In this document: positions 1 through 14,665 of the stretch, one piece after another
Layout of the letters: every line of letters begins with the position of its first letter
How positions within the stretch are numbered: position 1 is the stretch's first letter
Virus record (IMG/VR): IMGVR_UViG_2721755657_000003
Reading direction: 5' to 3' (one strand)
From: a virus
Lineage: Duplodnaviria; Heunggongvirae; Uroviricota; Caudoviricetes
DNA: 47,248 nucleotides
Translations under genes and position numbers: made by a program
Notes under the pieces: generated by a model
Databases searched by the model: none
What the model was told of the DNA's origin: nothing
What the model saw: only the letters and a program-made list of their open reading frames with translations

Positions 1-585
1 CTATTCGATAATGGGTACTGTTGGCCATTCAATATCCGGTGCAGTTGTTGTATTAACACGGTTCAGCAACACCCGATACTTCTTCCAGGCTTCCAGCAAC
101 GAGGTTTCTTCCTCCGTTGCAATTTCCAGATCTGCAGCATCCTGAAGCGGCGCAATATGCTCACTGGCTACCTGCATCAGGCTGTTTTTTGTTTCTTCCG
201 CCTCCCGGATCCGGAACAGTTTTTCTGCTTCTGCATCTTTCACCCAGGCTGTGCCGTTCCACTTCTGAAACTCCCCTTCCGGCGACAACCAGGTAACATT
301 TTCCGGTAATGAGCCGAGTTCAGAAATAAATAACGCGTCGCCGGAAGCCACGTCATAAACCGTTTTACCCCGATGATCTTCAACGAGATGCCACAATGAC
401 TCATCACTGTTGAAAACAGCCACGAAACCAGCCGGAATATCTGGCGGTGCAATATCGGTACTGTTTGCTGGCAGACCTGTATGAGGCGGAATATATGCAT
501 CACCTTCACCAATAAATTCATTAGTTCCGGACAGCAGATTATAAATTTTTATGGTCCGTGGTTGTTCACTCATTCTGAATGCCAT
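1..585 (-). CDS. tfa: tail fiber assembly protein (Tfa)
   Basis: 194-aa ORF, near-identical by eye to lambda Tfa ([18 protein letters not shown]...); start overlaps the stf stop. Confidence 0.9.
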   Translation of the reverse strand: MAFRMSEQPRTIKIYNLLSGTNEFIGEGDAYIPPHTGLPANSTDIAPPDIPAGFVAVFNSDESLWHLVEDHRGKTVYDVASGDALFISELGSLPENVTWLSPEGEFQKWNGTAWVKDAEAEKLFRIREAEETKNSLMQVASEHIAPLQDAADLEIATEEETSLLEAWKKYRVLLNRVNTTTAPDIEWPTVPIIE

Positions 586-3500
586 TATGCAAGCCTCACA
601 ATATAGTTAAATGCGATGTTTTTGACGGTGTTTTCCGCGTTACCAGCAGCGTTAACGGTGATGGTGTGTCCATGTGAGCCAATCGCAACCGAGTGCGTAT
701 GAGCACCAATACCGACAGTATGTGCGTGAGCACCTGCAGATGCAGCTGTGCCGCTGACACTATGAGTGTGCGCTCCTGCAGCACTTGTATTCACACTGGC
801 CGCAGACACTACCTTATGTACTGACCCATTTTGTGACCACTGGCTGACTGCTGATGCGCCTGTGACACTATGAGTATGGTTTCCGGCACTTGCGGCTGTA
901 CCGCTCACACTGTGCGTATGCGCCCCGATGTTATTCGTGGATTTAGTGCCGTAATCAAACGACGATGTGGTTTTCGTACCCAAATCCGTACTGGATGCGC
1001 TGGCGCTGTGGGTGTGCGATTTAATGCCGTCCTGTTCCTGAGACAATACGGCCCGACCACTGGCAGGTTTGCCCTTAATCGTCCAGCCACGCATATCAGG
1101 GATCACGCCTGACGGATAAGCGGCTGCAAGTTTCGGATATGCAGATTTGTCAAAAGTCTGCCCCTGCATCAGGGCATAACCAGACGGAACGGTATCTGAT
1201 GGCCACGGGATTGGTGCGCCGACTGGGTAGCTTTCTGGTGGAAGATTTTTCGAGGTATAAACTTCTGCCCAGTCTTCCTCAAAACCATAGCCATCTCTTG
1301 AGGAACGGTAGAACAGACCTCCATTTCTGTAATGTGCCTTCATCTGCAAGGTCCGGCAACTTCCGACTCCGGTATAGAAGTTAACCAGAATATAGCTGTC
1401 GCCAGAGCGGGTGACATTGTAAGCGCCTGATTCGGCATTCCATGGAACGCCCCCATCCGCATCGGCATACGTATCCGTTGCCCTTCTGGCAAAAGCAGCC
1501 ACATGCGCGGCGGTTAAAGTAATATCTTTGGAACCATCAAACTCAACACCAGAAACCAGTCTTGGCGTTTGCAGCTTTGTTGCTGTTAATGCATTACCGT
1601 TCAGACTTGCGGACAGTTTGGTTCCAATAACCAGTTCGCCGGTTGCGTTATCAATAGCAAACGGTCTTAATGTATTCCAGCCACCATAAACATCACCTTG
1701 ATTGGTAAGCAGCAGGTAAGTTTTAGCGCCATCATTACGCCATAATGCACCATACTCCCCACCTATCATTCGAATCTGATTACCACCACGCGCTACAATT
1801 TCGTCTGTGGCAAAAAGTTTTTTGCACGACAAGTTATCGTTAACGATTAACGAATGAGACTCATAAAAACCACGCCCACTCTTAAAATCAAGGATAACGT
1901 CCGCCGCGATACATTCAGTCGCTGGATTTGTTGCCCCAAACTTATAGGTCGTATCATTAACAACGAGATCAGCACCAGGTGCGGATATTGACAGGCCATC
2001 TTCGATAAACGCAAAAACAGGGAAAGCAGCGCCATCAACATAGAACACAGAGCGCAAATCATCGCCCTTATTACTCATCATTATTGAGTGGATGGCTCGT
2101 TCATTGTTTTGATATTGCCAGAACATTCCATAAGCATAACGCCCCCTGTCAGTCCAGCCACCAGGCATAACAAATCCGTTAAACTCGCAGTTATTCATCG
2201 GATCGCCTGCGGTTCGCGTTGCCGTGGTGATAATGACCCTTGATGCCAGTTCGCTTACTGAGCCAGCAGAACGCATAACAACAACAGGGTAATATTTTCC
2301 AGATGTTGCACCTGCAGGAGCGTTAACCCGCACATAACGCATACCACGCTTATCAGCAAAGTCTGTTTTACTGACCGCGTTAATGTTGTTCAGGAAGCGT
2401 CCCTTATCGGGTATATCAGCGCCGTTCTGGTCTTTCTGCAGACGTTTCTCAGCATTGTCATTGGCTGCTTTTACTGCCTTTGGCGTTGCCGCCAGCGTTT
2501 CAGACGTGCTGTTGGTCGCACTGCTGAGCTGTACTATCCCCTTTTTCGTCGTGCTCGCATCCTCAAGCGCCACGGCGGATGCAATATCCTCTGCCCGTTT
2601 TGCTGCTGTCTCGGCGCGCGTTGCCGCGGATTCCGCCGTACTTTTGCTCTGAGCTGCCGCCGTCGCACTACCAGCTGCCTCTGTCGCCTTCGTGGATGCC
2701 GTCGTGGCGCTGCCTTTCGCTGCTGATGCCTGTCTGCTCGCCTCATCTTTTGAAGCAGACGCAGATGATGCCGATGACGCCGCCGAACTGGCGGACGATG
2801 CAGCTGCCATTTTTGAGGATTCTGCACTGGTTTCCGAGGCTTTCGCGTTCGTTTCGGATGTCATCGCTGCGGATGCAGACCTCGCTGCTGCGCTGGCCTG
2901 TTCAGCGGCTTCGCCAGCCTTCGTTGTGGCTGTTGAAGCGGATGATGCGGCGCTTTCTGCCGATTTTCCGGCTGCGGTGGCACTGACTGAGGCCTGCCCG
3001 GCACTTGTTGACGCGGCACTGGCAGACGACGCAGCCGCTGTTTTTGAGCCTGCCGCAGCTGAGGCGCTCTGTCCCGCTGCCGTCTCAGAAGACCTGGCGT
3101 TCGTCTCGGACGTTTTTGCCGCCTTCGCGGAATTTCCTGCCGCTGTTGCCGAGGAGGCTGCACTACTGGCGCTCGAGGCTGCGCTCGTTTCTGATGATTT
3201 TGCCGCCTCTTTTGAAGCCGACGCATCCCGTGCTGAAGTGGCTGCTTCTGACGCTTTCGTGGTCGCGGTGGATGCAGAAGTGGCGGCTGATTGTTCTGAC
3301 GCTGCCGCATTCGTTTCTGACGTTTTCGCCGCACCGGCACTGGTGGCCGCCGCGCTTTTTGAGGACTCTGCAGCGGCAGCACTTTTTGAGGCTTCAGTGG
3401 CCTTTGTTGATGCCGTTCCTGCGCTGGAAGACGCTGACTGAGCCGACGACGCGGCCTGTCCGGCTGACGTGCTGGCTGCGCGTGCTGAGTCCGCAGCATC

Positions 3501-3944
3501 AGCCGCATGGGTTGCCGCCTCACGGGCTGATGTGCTGGCATCACTGGCTGACTTCTTCGCGGCTGCCGTGTTCTGTGCCACCGCGGACGCGTTACGCGCC
3601 ACCTCTTCCACCATCAGTTCAAAACGGCGCAGTGCCTCCGGACGGGCATCATCCTCCGTCATGGCACCGAGAAAATCATTCAGCGTACCGGGTTGAGAAT
3701 CTTCATACACGGTGATGGTCCCGGCATGTGACGGCGGGAATCCTTCCACCAACAGAATAACGCTGTACTGACCGTACTCAACGTCCATGCTGTAACGCCC
3801 GGCTTCATCCGGATTTTCTGAGGCCAGCGTGTTCACCACCACAGTGGTACTGTTACGTTTTGCTTTCAGCTGGATTGTGCAGTTCTGTACCGGTTTTCCT
3901 GTGCCGTCTTTCAGTACACCTGAAATCTTTACTGCCATATTCAC
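585..3944 (-). CDS. stf: side tail fiber protein (Stf), long form
   Basis: 1119-aa ORF; N-terminus matches lambda/Rac Stf ([28 protein letters not shown]...); long Ala/Ser-rich segment and His-rich C-terminal repeats ([15 protein letters not shown]). Confidence 0.9.
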   Translation of the reverse strand: MNMAVKISGVLKDGTGKPVQNCTIQLKAKRNSTTVVVNTLASENPDEAGRYSMDVEYGQYSVILLVEGFPPSHAGTITVYEDSQPGTLNDFLGAMTEDDARPEALRRFELMVEEVARNASAVAQNTAAAKKSASDASTSAREAATHAADAADSARAASTSAGQAASSAQSASSSAGTASTKATEASKSAAAAESSKSAAATSAGAAKTSETNAAASEQSAATSASTATTKASEAATSARDASASKEAAKSSETSAASSASSAASSATAAGNSAKAAKTSETNARSSETAAGQSASAAAGSKTAAASSASAASTSAGQASVSATAAGKSAESAASSASTATTKAGEAAEQASAAARSASAAMTSETNAKASETSAESSKMAAASSASSAASSASSASASKDEASRQASAAKGSATTASTKATEAAGSATAAAQSKSTAESAATRAETAAKRAEDIASAVALEDASTTKKGIVQLSSATNSTSETLAATPKAVKAANDNAEKRLQKDQNGADIPDKGRFLNNINAVSKTDFADKRGMRYVRVNAPAGATSGKYYPVVVMRSAGSVSELASRVIITTATRTAGDPMNNCEFNGFVMPGGWTDRGRYAYGMFWQYQNNERAIHSIMMSNKGDDLRSVFYVDGAAFPVFAFIEDGLSISAPGADLVVNDTTYKFGATNPATECIAADVILDFKSGRGFYESHSLIVNDNLSCKKLFATDEIVARGGNQIRMIGGEYGALWRNDGAKTYLLLTNQGDVYGGWNTLRPFAIDNATGELVIGTKLSASLNGNALTATKLQTPRLVSGVEFDGSKDITLTAAHVAAFARRATDTYADADGGVPWNAESGAYNVTRSGDSYILVNFYTGVGSCRTLQMKAHYRNGGLFYRSSRDGYGFEEDWAEVYTSKNLPPESYPVGAPIPWPSDTVPSGYALMQGQTFDKSAYPKLAAAYPSGVIPDMRGWTIKGKPASGRAVLSQEQDGIKSHTHSASASSTDLGTKTTSSFDYGTKSTNNIGAHTHSVSGTAASAGNHTHSVTGASAVSQWSQNGSVHKVVSAASVNTSAAGAHTHSVSGTAASAGAHAHTVGIGAHTHSVAIGSHGHTITVNAAGNAENTVKNIAFNYIVRLA
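2580..3595 (-). repeat. low-complexity Ala/Ser/Thr-rich coding repeats inside stf (approximate bounds)
   Basis: Protein residues ~118-455 are almost entirely A/S/T/K/E; the DNA is GC-rich GCN-type repeats that generate spurious antisense ORFs. Confidence 0.7.
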
Positions 3945-3949
3945 CCCAC

Positions 3950-3976
3950 AAAAAAGCCCGTCTGAACCGGCGGGCT
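3950..3976 (-). terminator. intrinsic terminator downstream of lom
   Basis: Minus strand reads AGCCCG-(10-nt loop)-CGGGCT followed by TTTTT, between the lom stop and the stf start. Confidence 0.5.
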
Positions 3977-4002
3977 GTCATAACACTGTGTTACCTGGCT
4001 AA

Positions 4003-4602
4003 TCAGAATTTATAACCGACACCCACGATGAAACCGTCAGTGCGCCAGTCACCACTGCCGGAGCCTTCATAAGCAATATCAATGGCCACGGATTCGGTCG
4101 GGTTAAACTGCACGCCAGCTCCCCACGCCAGAGACGTGTTGCTGTGGCGACCGTCATCACTTCCGGTCAGCACGTCGTGCGTTTTCCCCTTGTTGTCAAT
4201 TACGCGGAGATAATCCCCGGAGAAAGTCGACACACGGCTGTAAGCCACACCCGCCATCGCATACGCGCTGAACCATTCATTCACGCGCACAGACGGCCCC
4301 GCCATTACGCTGAACCAGCGGTTACGCACGGAATCTTCATGCCAGCGGGTATCGCTGTAACGGGTAAGCTGGCGATTCTTGTCTCCTGCATAGCTGAATG
4401 ACGTCACCATTCCCAGCGTGTCCGTAAACTCATAACGATATTTCACGTTAATCCCGTTCAGATCATCGCTGCCGGAAACGTTCGTCGAGGCATGAAGATA
4501 GCCCGCGCTCAGCGTGGACTGATGTTCAGACGCCCATGCAGGCGCACCGGATACGGCCAGACAAATGGCTGCGGACAAAATGGCGGCATAAAGTTTACGC
4601 AT
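4003..4602 (-). CDS. lom: Lom outer membrane protein (Ail/Lom family)
   Basis: 199-aa ORF with signal peptide ([24 protein letters not shown]) and OMP beta-barrel character ending in F; lambda lom position downstream of J. Confidence 0.85.
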
Positions 4603-4625
4603 AATTACCTCTCGCTTTTCTGCAA

Positions 4626-4650
4626 TAAAAAAGGCGTCATTTCTGACGCC
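4626..4650 (-). terminator. intrinsic terminator downstream of J
   Basis: Minus strand GGCGTCA-GAAA-TGACGCC perfect 7-bp stem followed by TTTTTT, 20 nt after the J stop. Confidence 0.6.
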
Positions 4651-4668
4651 CGTTCTGGGTTATAAAAT

Positions 4669-8070
<3,402 letters not shown>

Positions 8071-8127
8071 TCATGCTCCATAAACGATAAAACCGCCCGG
8101 AGGCGGTTTCACATAAAACATTTTGCA

Positions 8128-8775
8128 TCAGCGACCAATCACCACAACCTGACCACCATCCCCTTCGTCTGCCGTGCTGATCTCCTGAGAAACCACGCGT
8201 GACCCCACGCGCATTTCACCGTACAGAACCGGCAGAACATTGCCCTGGGCAACCATGTTATCCAGTGAGGAGAAATAGGTGTTCTGTTTGCCGTTATCTG
8301 TACTTGCTGCCGTGGGCGTCCTGGCTTTCGGTGCCAGCATCTGCGCCACTCCGCCCAGGATCATACTGGCCCCTGCCGCATACATGCCCGATACAGCCGC
8401 GGCACCCAGCCAGCCCACAGGGTTCCACCATGACACCGCAATCAGCGCCGCCCCCAGCACCACCTGAAACACACCGCCACTTTTAGCTCCCGCCAGACGC
8501 GGCACGATGTGGATCACGGCACCATTTGCCAGCGGCTCATTCAGACGGGCAGACAATTCGGTTTCACCTGCATCACGCCCGGCAATGCGTACCTGGTACC
8601 AGCCGTCGCTCAGTTTCTGACGAAACGCCGGGATCTGCATGGCCAGCGCCCGGATGGCTTCGGACCCCGTTTTCACTCGAAGGTCGATGCGGCGGCCAAA
8701 TCGTTGTAAATCCCCGTAAAGGCAGATGCGTGCCATGCCCGGTGACGCCAGAGGGAGTGTGTGCGTCGCTGCCAT
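8128..8775 (-). CDS. I: tail assembly protein I
   Basis: 215-aa ORF; N-terminus matches lambda I (MAATHTLPLASPGMARICLYGDLQRFGRRIDLRVKTG...); overlaps the K 3' end as in lambda. Confidence 0.85.
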   Translation of the reverse strand: MAATHTLPLASPGMARICLYGDLQRFGRRIDLRVKTGSEAIRALAMQIPAFRQKLSDGWYQVRIAGRDAGETELSARLNEPLANGAVIHIVPRLAGAKSGGVFQVVLGAALIAVSWWNPVGWLGAAAVSGMYAAGASMILGGVAQMLAPKARTPTAASTDNGKQNTYFSSLDNMVAQGNVLPVLYGEMRVGSRVVSQEISTADEGDGGQVVVIGR

Positions 8776-9416
8776 TTGTCGGTGTACCTCTCTCGTTTGC
8801 TCAGTTGTTCAGGAATATGGTGCAGCAGCTCGCTGTCACCACAGTAAATGGCGGCATGATTCGGCACCGATGAACCAAAACAGCACAGCAGCACATCGCC
8901 CGGCTGCGCCGCTGACAACGGCACCTGATACAGCCCTGTGGCCTCCAGATTATCCAGATAGAGATTCTGACCGTTACGCCACCAGTCATCCCCGCGATGA
9001 AAATCCGGCATCTCAATTCCCGCCAGATGGTAAGCGTCCCGGAACAGCGTGTAACAGTCCGTTACCCCGTGCTCAAAGCGCCGCCCGGTGAGATGCGGCA
9101 CACAGCGGAATTTATGAATCGCCCCCCGGCAGACCAGCCACCACGGCAAATCACTCTGTACCTGCAGCCGCCGGTCGGCCTCACTCAGCCAGGGCAGACC
9201 ACCGGGGTGGCTGTGGACCAGCGCCACAATCTCTCCCTGCATTTTGGCCTGCAGCCAGTCCTCCGGCGACATCCGGAAATACTCCTCCGGCTCACCGGAG
9301 ATATTCACGCAGGGAAAATATCTTTCCTCCTCCGGCGTTCTCACCACGAAGCCGCACGACTCCGCTGGCGCACATCGCCGGGCGTGCGCCAGAATCGCTG
9401 ATTCTGTCTCTGTCAT
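8673..9416 (-). CDS. K: tail tip assembly protein K (JAB/MPN + NlpC/P60)
   Basis: 247-aa ORF with an HSHP JAMM-like motif and a downstream Cys/His region (VTDCYTLF...HAAIY), in lambda K position between L and I. Confidence 0.8.
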   Translation of the reverse strand: MTETESAILAHARRCAPAESCGFVVRTPEEERYFPCVNISGEPEEYFRMSPEDWLQAKMQGEIVALVHSHPGGLPWLSEADRRLQVQSDLPWWLVCRGAIHKFRCVPHLTGRRFEHGVTDCYTLFRDAYHLAGIEMPDFHRGDDWWRNGQNLYLDNLEATGLYQVPLSAAQPGDVLLCCFGSSVPNHAAIYCGDSELLHHIPEQLSKRERYTDKWQRRTHSLWRHRAWHASAFTGIYNDLAAASTFE

Positions 9417-9421
9417 GGGAT

Positions 9422-10120
9422 TTACTGCGAAAGTTTGTTAATGGAAAGGAAGCTGCCAAAGTTGCCGACATTATTGCGAAACTTACAGCCACTCAGGCAT
9501 TTGCTGCATTTATCCTTCGTGATATCGGACGTCGGCTGGTCATATTCATCCGCGACCGCCGGACCGCTATAACCGCACTCATCGCCGCGATAGGTCCAGG
9601 TGCAGGTGTTGGCCAGCATGATACGTCCCGGAAAAACAGCGCCATCCGTTTCAGTCGGCGTGGACAGTACAAAAGAGGCACTGACCGCGCTCAGTTCGCT
9701 GCACTGCTCGATGCGCCAGCGGCTGATCACCTCCTGCTCCGGATCGGCTTCGCTGTTTCCGTTGACGAAGTTCACCGCATCCAGAAAGCGGGCGTAAACC
9801 TTACGCCGGACCACCGTTCCGCCGACCAGACTCTGCAGATCTTCCGCCATCCCGGTGATCATGCCGTGCAGGTTAGAGACCGTCAGTGTCGGACGGGCAG
9901 CACTGCCCTTGCCGTTCATCTCAAATCCACTCCCCTGAATGGGATAGGCCTGATACTGCCGACTCTGCCAGGTGACAGACTCACCTTTTTCGTTCTGCTC
10001 ATTACAGAAAAAGTAGCGATCCCCGCCTACCTCGGTCAGGTCGATTTCCCAGAGCACCACGCTGGCCGACTGCTCCGCACGAATGCATTCATTCAGCGTT
10101 TCCTGTTGTATGTCCTGCAT
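9422..10120 (-). CDS. L: tail tip protein L
   Basis: 232-aa ORF, same length as lambda L with strong similarity (MQDI.QETLNEC.RAEQSASVVLWEIDLTEVGG.RYFFCNEQNEKGE...). Confidence 0.9.
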   Translation of the reverse strand: MQDIQQETLNECIRAEQSASVVLWEIDLTEVGGDRYFFCNEQNEKGESVTWQSRQYQAYPIQGSGFEMNGKGSAARPTLTVSNLHGMITGMAEDLQSLVGGTVVRRKVYARFLDAVNFVNGNSEADPEQEVISRWRIEQCSELSAVSASFVLSTPTETDGAVFPGRIMLANTCTWTYRGDECGYSGPAVADEYDQPTSDITKDKCSKCLSGCKFRNNVGNFGSFLSINKLSQ

Positions 10121-10458
10121 CAGATCACCACTTCGTCAAACTGACACGAAAAATCGGTATAGGTGATATGTTCTGTCGCTGACCACGTTCGACACACCAC
10201 TCTGATTTTTCTGTTAATACCCGGCGGGCGCCAAAAAAAAGATTTATAGCCTTCATGCCGGGCTAAAAATTTTTCAAATGAATCACGTTCATTCGCCTCA
10301 ACTTTGAAATCACAGGTGAAAACGCGCAGAGAATGATTAAGTCCATTTGGACTTCGTTGCTCATAACCATCGCCAAATCTTACAGTTTTTATCGATGGTT
10401 TATTTTCTGTTTTCATTCCATCCTCTGGTAACCAGTGAAATTCTTCCGTATTAGCCAC
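10120..10458 (-). CDS. M: tail tip assembly protein M (divergent)
   Basis: 112-aa ORF in the M position, overlapping H and L; shares the VRFGDGY.QR motif with lambda M but is otherwise divergent. Confidence 0.65.
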   Translation of the reverse strand: MANTEEFHWLPEDGMKTENKPSIKTVRFGDGYEQRSPNGLNHSLRVFTCDFKVEANERDSFEKFLARHEGYKSFFWRPPGINRKIRVVCRTWSATEHITYTDFSCQFDEVVI

Positions 10459-13400
10459 TTAACATTCCCCCATCACGTCGCATATTTAACAGATTGCCCT
10501 GCACCCGCTGATCAACCATCCCCATAAGTGCTTTTATTGCCTGAGGGCCAATCTCTCCATTCTGGCCGTCATTTTGAATAGTGATTTGGTATACAGGGGC
10601 ATAGGTAATATCTCCGCCTCCATTACCACTTTTACTATTAATAGCTCTGACACCAAGAGAACCATCGGAAGTTCGTGTTAATGGCATAATGGCTTCCGGT
10701 CCAGCCTCACCAAAAACACCAGCCCCTTTTGCAAAAGCAAAAAATTGCGGGGAATCATAAATACCGTTCGAATACGTGCTCAATGACGGAGACTCATAAA
10801 CACCGCCCTTTGCATTCGGAATAAATTTACTAATAGCACTCCCGATAGTTCCTAAAATCCCCCCAGAAGAACTGTTACTAATGCTGTCGAAAATCCCAGT
10901 AATTGAAGCCTTTAATGCTATTCGACTAAGATCCGAAATCACGGAAGTAGCGAAAGAACGAAAATTTGCCTTGCCTGTCGTGACAAAATCACCCAGCGCA
11001 TCGGTCATCCCATCAAACATCTGAGTCGTGGTTGATTTTATCTGCTCACTGATATCCTTAGTGTCATCCAGCCAGTTATTGAATCCCTGGGAGGCACCAC
11101 TAACCCAGTCTCCTGCCTGAATATCGAGCTGCTCGTTTTTCTGTCTGACAATTTCTTTTTCCCGTTCCAGAGCATCATTCAGAGCCTGCATTTTCTCTTG
11201 AAAAACATGATCTGACATTCCACGGGATTTATCTGCATAGTCACGTTCAAGTTGCAGACGCTGATTGTTATATCCATGTTCAATCCGCAGTAATTCCTGC
11301 TGGCGTTGCTGATTTTTATCGCCAACCCCATAACCAGCAATCTGAATATCATACCCCTGCTGACGATTATCAATCGAAGCCTGCAATGAATCACGCCATG
11401 CTGTTATTTCGGCGGATTCCTTGATTAGCCTGTTATTTTTTTCAATCGCAACATTTTTCTCCATCAACGTGGTTATTTCTTCCCGGTGTAAGAGAAGCGA
11501 TTTCTGATCCTGGGTTAATTTCGATGATGGTCGTGACTCTAGGTCGGCAATCCGCTGACGCCACTTAACCAGTTCCTGTTCAGAGGAACTTAATTTAACG
11601 GTCAACTCAGCTTGTGAACTTAGTAACGCATTCTGTTGATTCAGATGATCAATCATTCGTTGGGCTGCATCATCAGAATAACCTTTCGCCTTTGGTTGCT
11701 TTGGATCTTTATAACGCTCATTTATTTGAGCGATAAGATTATTATATTCTTCCTTTGAATACTGATTCTTTAGCTTTTCCAGTTTTGCAAGTTCACTAGC
11801 TCTCTGCTGCTCCCGGGTCTGATATTGTTTTGAAAAGGCATCTGCTCTCTGTCTGAGTTCAATTCCTTCCTGTTGTCGCTTGTTGTAATCGTTTATTGAT
11901 GAATTTAGTACGTCCTGAGCAATTTTTTCTGCTTGAAGTACGCCCAATTGCTGCTTTAATCGTGCCAGCCTTTTATTTTGAGCTCCGCCATCTCCAATGC
12001 CACCTAACCCGAAAACTCCGGGTCGGGTATTTTTTTCTATTTCATCAATTTGACGGAGAACATCTGAGATTTTTTGATCAAGGGAGGCCTCACGGCCAAT
12101 ATCCAGCATGGAATCCCATGCCCATTTTGCGGAGTCTGCGACAGCTTTCCATGCAGTCTCAAGATAACCAAGATTTTCTTTAATCTGGTTGGTGCGCTGG
12201 ATCATTGAGGATGAGTATTCTTCTGTCGCAATGCGGGCGGCCTCCTGCTGGTTCCCTTCATCCTGTAGCGCCTTAATCTGGTTATAAGTCGCAAGTGTCA
12301 GAAAATGGTACTGATCATTAAGTTTTGATATGGCACTGACAGGATCCTTTGCAATTTCATTGAAGTCATTAACCAGTTGTTCGGTTGATATTCCTGTTAC
12401 TTCGCTCGTTTTTACTATCGCTGTCGTCACTTGCTCCAGCGAACTGCTCGCTACCTTTCCCGAACGCACAAGCTGATTTAATACTGCCGCCGCAGCACCA
12501 GTTGTCGAATCAGCCGCATTCCCGGCACGTTGAGCTATATCGCCCAATTGCCCGCTGGTTGTCCCCAACTGATTTCCGGTAAGAATAAGAGATTTATTAA
12601 ATTCGTCCTGCTCCTGAGAGCCTTTATAGTAAGCCAGTCCTAAGACCCCAACGGCTGCTGCGGCCAGGGTAAAAGGATTAATTAATCCCAGCACATAAGA
12701 ACCTACACCTTTGATCGCCGGGCCAATCCCACCGAACATATCTTTTAGCTGGCCGCCCTGCTGCATTAACACCATAAATGGCGACTGACCAGTGGACAAC
12801 CCAACAACAATATCCGTCATTTGTGCAGGCAACATGCGCATAGCAAAAGCCGTTTGTTTTGCCGACATTCCGGTTTTGCTTAATTGTGATTGAGTAACCT
12901 CAAGCTCACTCCGCATAGCACAAAGTTTTCCAGAAAGCTCCTCATACATTTCAGGAGAAAGCATCCCCTTAGCTTTTGCTTCATTGAGCTGTTTCTGTTG
13001 TTCTACCAGACGATTAAAAGCAGTTCCGACAGGATCAAGTTGAGCAATCAGACGTTGCAAAGCAACAACCTGTTCATCATGCGCTTTTGCTGCTTCTCGC
13101 TCTGCCTGAGCCTCTCCAGTAAGCTCTCGCCGTGTTTCCTGTATTTTTCGGCTATAATTCTCAAACTGAGAACCATTTATTTTCCCGGATGCAAACGCAG
13201 CATTAAGTTCATCATGCTGTTGTTCAAGATTTCTTAGCGCCGCAGCCAGAGGGTCGATCTTGTCCAGCATTCTTTGAAAGGCCTGAGCCTGCGCTTCCTG
13301 CTGGGCGGCAGCAAGTTTTCCGGCCTTCTCGGCTTCTCTCTGCGCTTGCGCAACCCCGCTCAATTCCTCTGTGGTTTCATTAAGTTTACGGACAAGAAAT

Positions 13401-13684
13401 TCATATTCTTCTTTATCAATAAGCCCTTTATCGAAAAATTTCTTTAATTCAGAATAGCGTCGACCGACAGTATCAATTGCGGCACCAACTGGATCAATAG
13501 CTGCTTTTAATTTTGCGAGCGCGTTCTTCTCATCTTCTGTTGCCTTAGTCACTTTCCCTGCGCTATTTGCAGCAGTTTCCCCAGCCTGCGTCATTTTGAC
13601 TAATGAGGAGGTCAGATTGTCAGCATTATTTTTCGCTCCAGTGCTATCAATAATTATTGCGAGACGCGAGGTTTGCTCTGCCAT
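10451..13684 (-). CDS. tail tape measure protein (H-like)
   Basis: 1077-aa ORF between the G/T chaperones and M; coiled-coil rich with a hydrophobic central segment and Gly-rich C-terminus; N-terminal tandem ~65-aa repeats. Confidence 0.85.
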   Translation of the reverse strand: MAEQTSRLAIIIDSTGAKNNADNLTSSLVKMTQAGETAANSAGKVTKATEDEKNALAKLKAAIDPVGAAIDTVGRRYSELKKFFDKGLIDKEEYEFLVRKLNETTEELSGVAQAQREAEKAGKLAAAQQEAQAQAFQRMLDKIDPLAAALRNLEQQHDELNAAFASGKINGSQFENYSRKIQETRRELTGEAQAEREAAKAHDEQVVALQRLIAQLDPVGTAFNRLVEQQKQLNEAKAKGMLSPEMYEELSGKLCAMRSELEVTQSQLSKTGMSAKQTAFAMRMLPAQMTDIVVGLSTGQSPFMVLMQQGGQLKDMFGGIGPAIKGVGSYVLGLINPFTLAAAAVGVLGLAYYKGSQEQDEFNKSLILTGNQLGTTSGQLGDIAQRAGNAADSTTGAAAAVLNQLVRSGKVASSSLEQVTTAIVKTSEVTGISTEQLVNDFNEIAKDPVSAISKLNDQYHFLTLATYNQIKALQDEGNQQEAARIATEEYSSSMIQRTNQIKENLGYLETAWKAVADSAKWAWDSMLDIGREASLDQKISDVLRQIDEIEKNTRPGVFGLGGIGDGGAQNKRLARLKQQLGVLQAEKIAQDVLNSSINDYNKRQQEGIELRQRADAFSKQYQTREQQRASELAKLEKLKNQYSKEEYNNLIAQINERYKDPKQPKAKGYSDDAAQRMIDHLNQQNALLSSQAELTVKLSSSEQELVKWRQRIADLESRPSSKLTQDQKSLLLHREEITTLMEKNVAIEKNNRLIKESAEITAWRDSLQASIDNRQQGYDIQIAGYGVGDKNQQRQQELLRIEHGYNNQRLQLERDYADKSRGMSDHVFQEKMQALNDALEREKEIVRQKNEQLDIQAGDWVSGASQGFNNWLDDTKDISEQIKSTTTQMFDGMTDALGDFVTTGKANFRSFATSVISDLSRIALKASITGIFDSISNSSSGGILGTIGSAISKFIPNAKGGVYESPSLSTYSNGIYDSPQFFAFAKGAGVFGEAGPEAIMPLTRTSDGSLGVRAINSKSGNGGGDITYAPVYQITIQNDGQNGEIGPQAIKALMGMVDQRVQGNLLNMRRDGGMLSG
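12875..13505 (-). repeat. three tandem ~65-aa coding repeats in the tape-measure N-terminus (approximate bounds)
   Basis: Repeated units [19 protein letters not shown]...EAEKA / [20 protein letters not shown]...EAAKA / [20 protein letters not shown]... seen in the translation. Confidence 0.6.
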
Positions 13685-13814
13685 TTATTAAAACTCCTGA
13701 CAACAAAAAACCCACCGCGAAGTGGGTTTCAGGCGACATAATAGTAGATATAGCGATTACGAGGCCACGCAATGCTTTTCTCAAGGAGCATCATCGATTT
13801 AATTAAAGACACCA

Positions 13815-14617
13815 TCACATCTCTGTAACAGAGTGTACGTAATTAACAACTACACACTGCTCCTGAAAATACTGGTCATCCAGTGCAAAGATCACTGCTT
13901 CAAATTCATCGCGCTCAATCAATACCGGATGAGTGGCTAAATATTCATTTATCTCTGTCAGAGATAAAGGCAAAGGCACCCCAGCCATTCCAGCATAACG
14001 TCGGGCACGGGATATTACCGAATAGGCGTACAACAACTCCTTAAGCACCGGGTCTATTTCTGGTTCCGGTATCGGTGGCAACCTGAGTTTTTCTCGCTTC
14101 CATCTTGCCTTTTCCCCCCTTTCTCCCCCGAACTCCGATAACCACCGCTGGGCAGCTATGGCTTTTTTATCGTATCCTGCTTCTGCTGCTCTTTACCCTG
14201 GGCGATGCTGGCTGCTTCTGCAAGGATCTGCCAGTACAACTCTGGATTCTGCTTAAGCAGCGCGATCCCTCGTTCTGCCGTATATTCCAGTGCAACCTCA
14301 ACACCATTAACCAGTTCACCAACCCCTTTCCAGTCTTTCAGCAGATAACGAGCGGCATTATCAATGAGTAAATCATCAACAGAATCCACCTCGGAAACCT
14401 TTGAAATATCAAACTCCTTCGTTCCGACGTGCAAACTGGCATCCATTTTCTCAATGTGGCGACGGATTAATGCATTACGGGAGCGATACTGATCGTTATC
14501 GCTGCTTGCCACCAACAGTTTTAACCCGTCTACAGGTTTTAAGTCCTTCATTGGCGTAAACCAGCGTTCTCCACCAATGATAATTTTCTGATTAAGAATA
14601 AACATCCATAACCTCAT
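13815..14617 (-). CDS. tail assembly chaperone G-T fusion (programmed -1 frameshift product)
   Basis: The -1 frame is open from the slippery site to the stop at 13815 and reads ...KKAIAAQRWLSEFGGERGEKARWKREKLRLPPIPEPEIDPV...; canonical G/GT arrangement. Confidence 0.6.
14156..14617 (-). CDS. tail assembly chaperone G
   Basis: 153-aa acidic ORF immediately upstream of the tape measure gene; ends ...TIKKP at a slippery heptamer. Confidence 0.7.
   Translation of the reverse strand: MRLWMFILNQKIIIGGERWFTPMKDLKPVDGLKLLVASSDNDQYRSRNALIRRHIEKMDASLHVGTKEFDISKVSEVDSVDDLLIDNAARYLLKDWKGVGELVNGVEVALEYTAERGIALLKQNPELYWQILAEAASIAQGKEQQKQDTIKKP
14162..14168 (-). other. programmed -1 ribosomal frameshift slippery heptamer A_AAA_AAG
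   Basis: Minus strand ACC ATA AAA AAG CCA TAG: heptamer sits 1 codon before the G stop; same heptamer class as the dnaX frameshift site. Confidence 0.6.
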
Positions 14618-14665
14618 TCAATGCGTCCCCCTGTAGGGCAGTACCACAGGAGGAATAACGGAAAA

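Noticed and set aside
2383-3715. Several long ORFs on both strands inside stf (for example 2692..3441 plus, 2861..3544 minus, 3005..3715 plus)
   Set aside because: They lie entirely within the GC-rich Ala/Ser-repeat part of stf, encode low-complexity Arg/Pro/Ala-rich products, and lack RBSs; frame artefacts of repetitive DNA.
8199-9441. Plus-strand ORFs of 60-134 aa antisense to I and K
   Set aside because: Embedded in conserved tail genes on the opposite strand, Pro/Arg-rich, no RBS.
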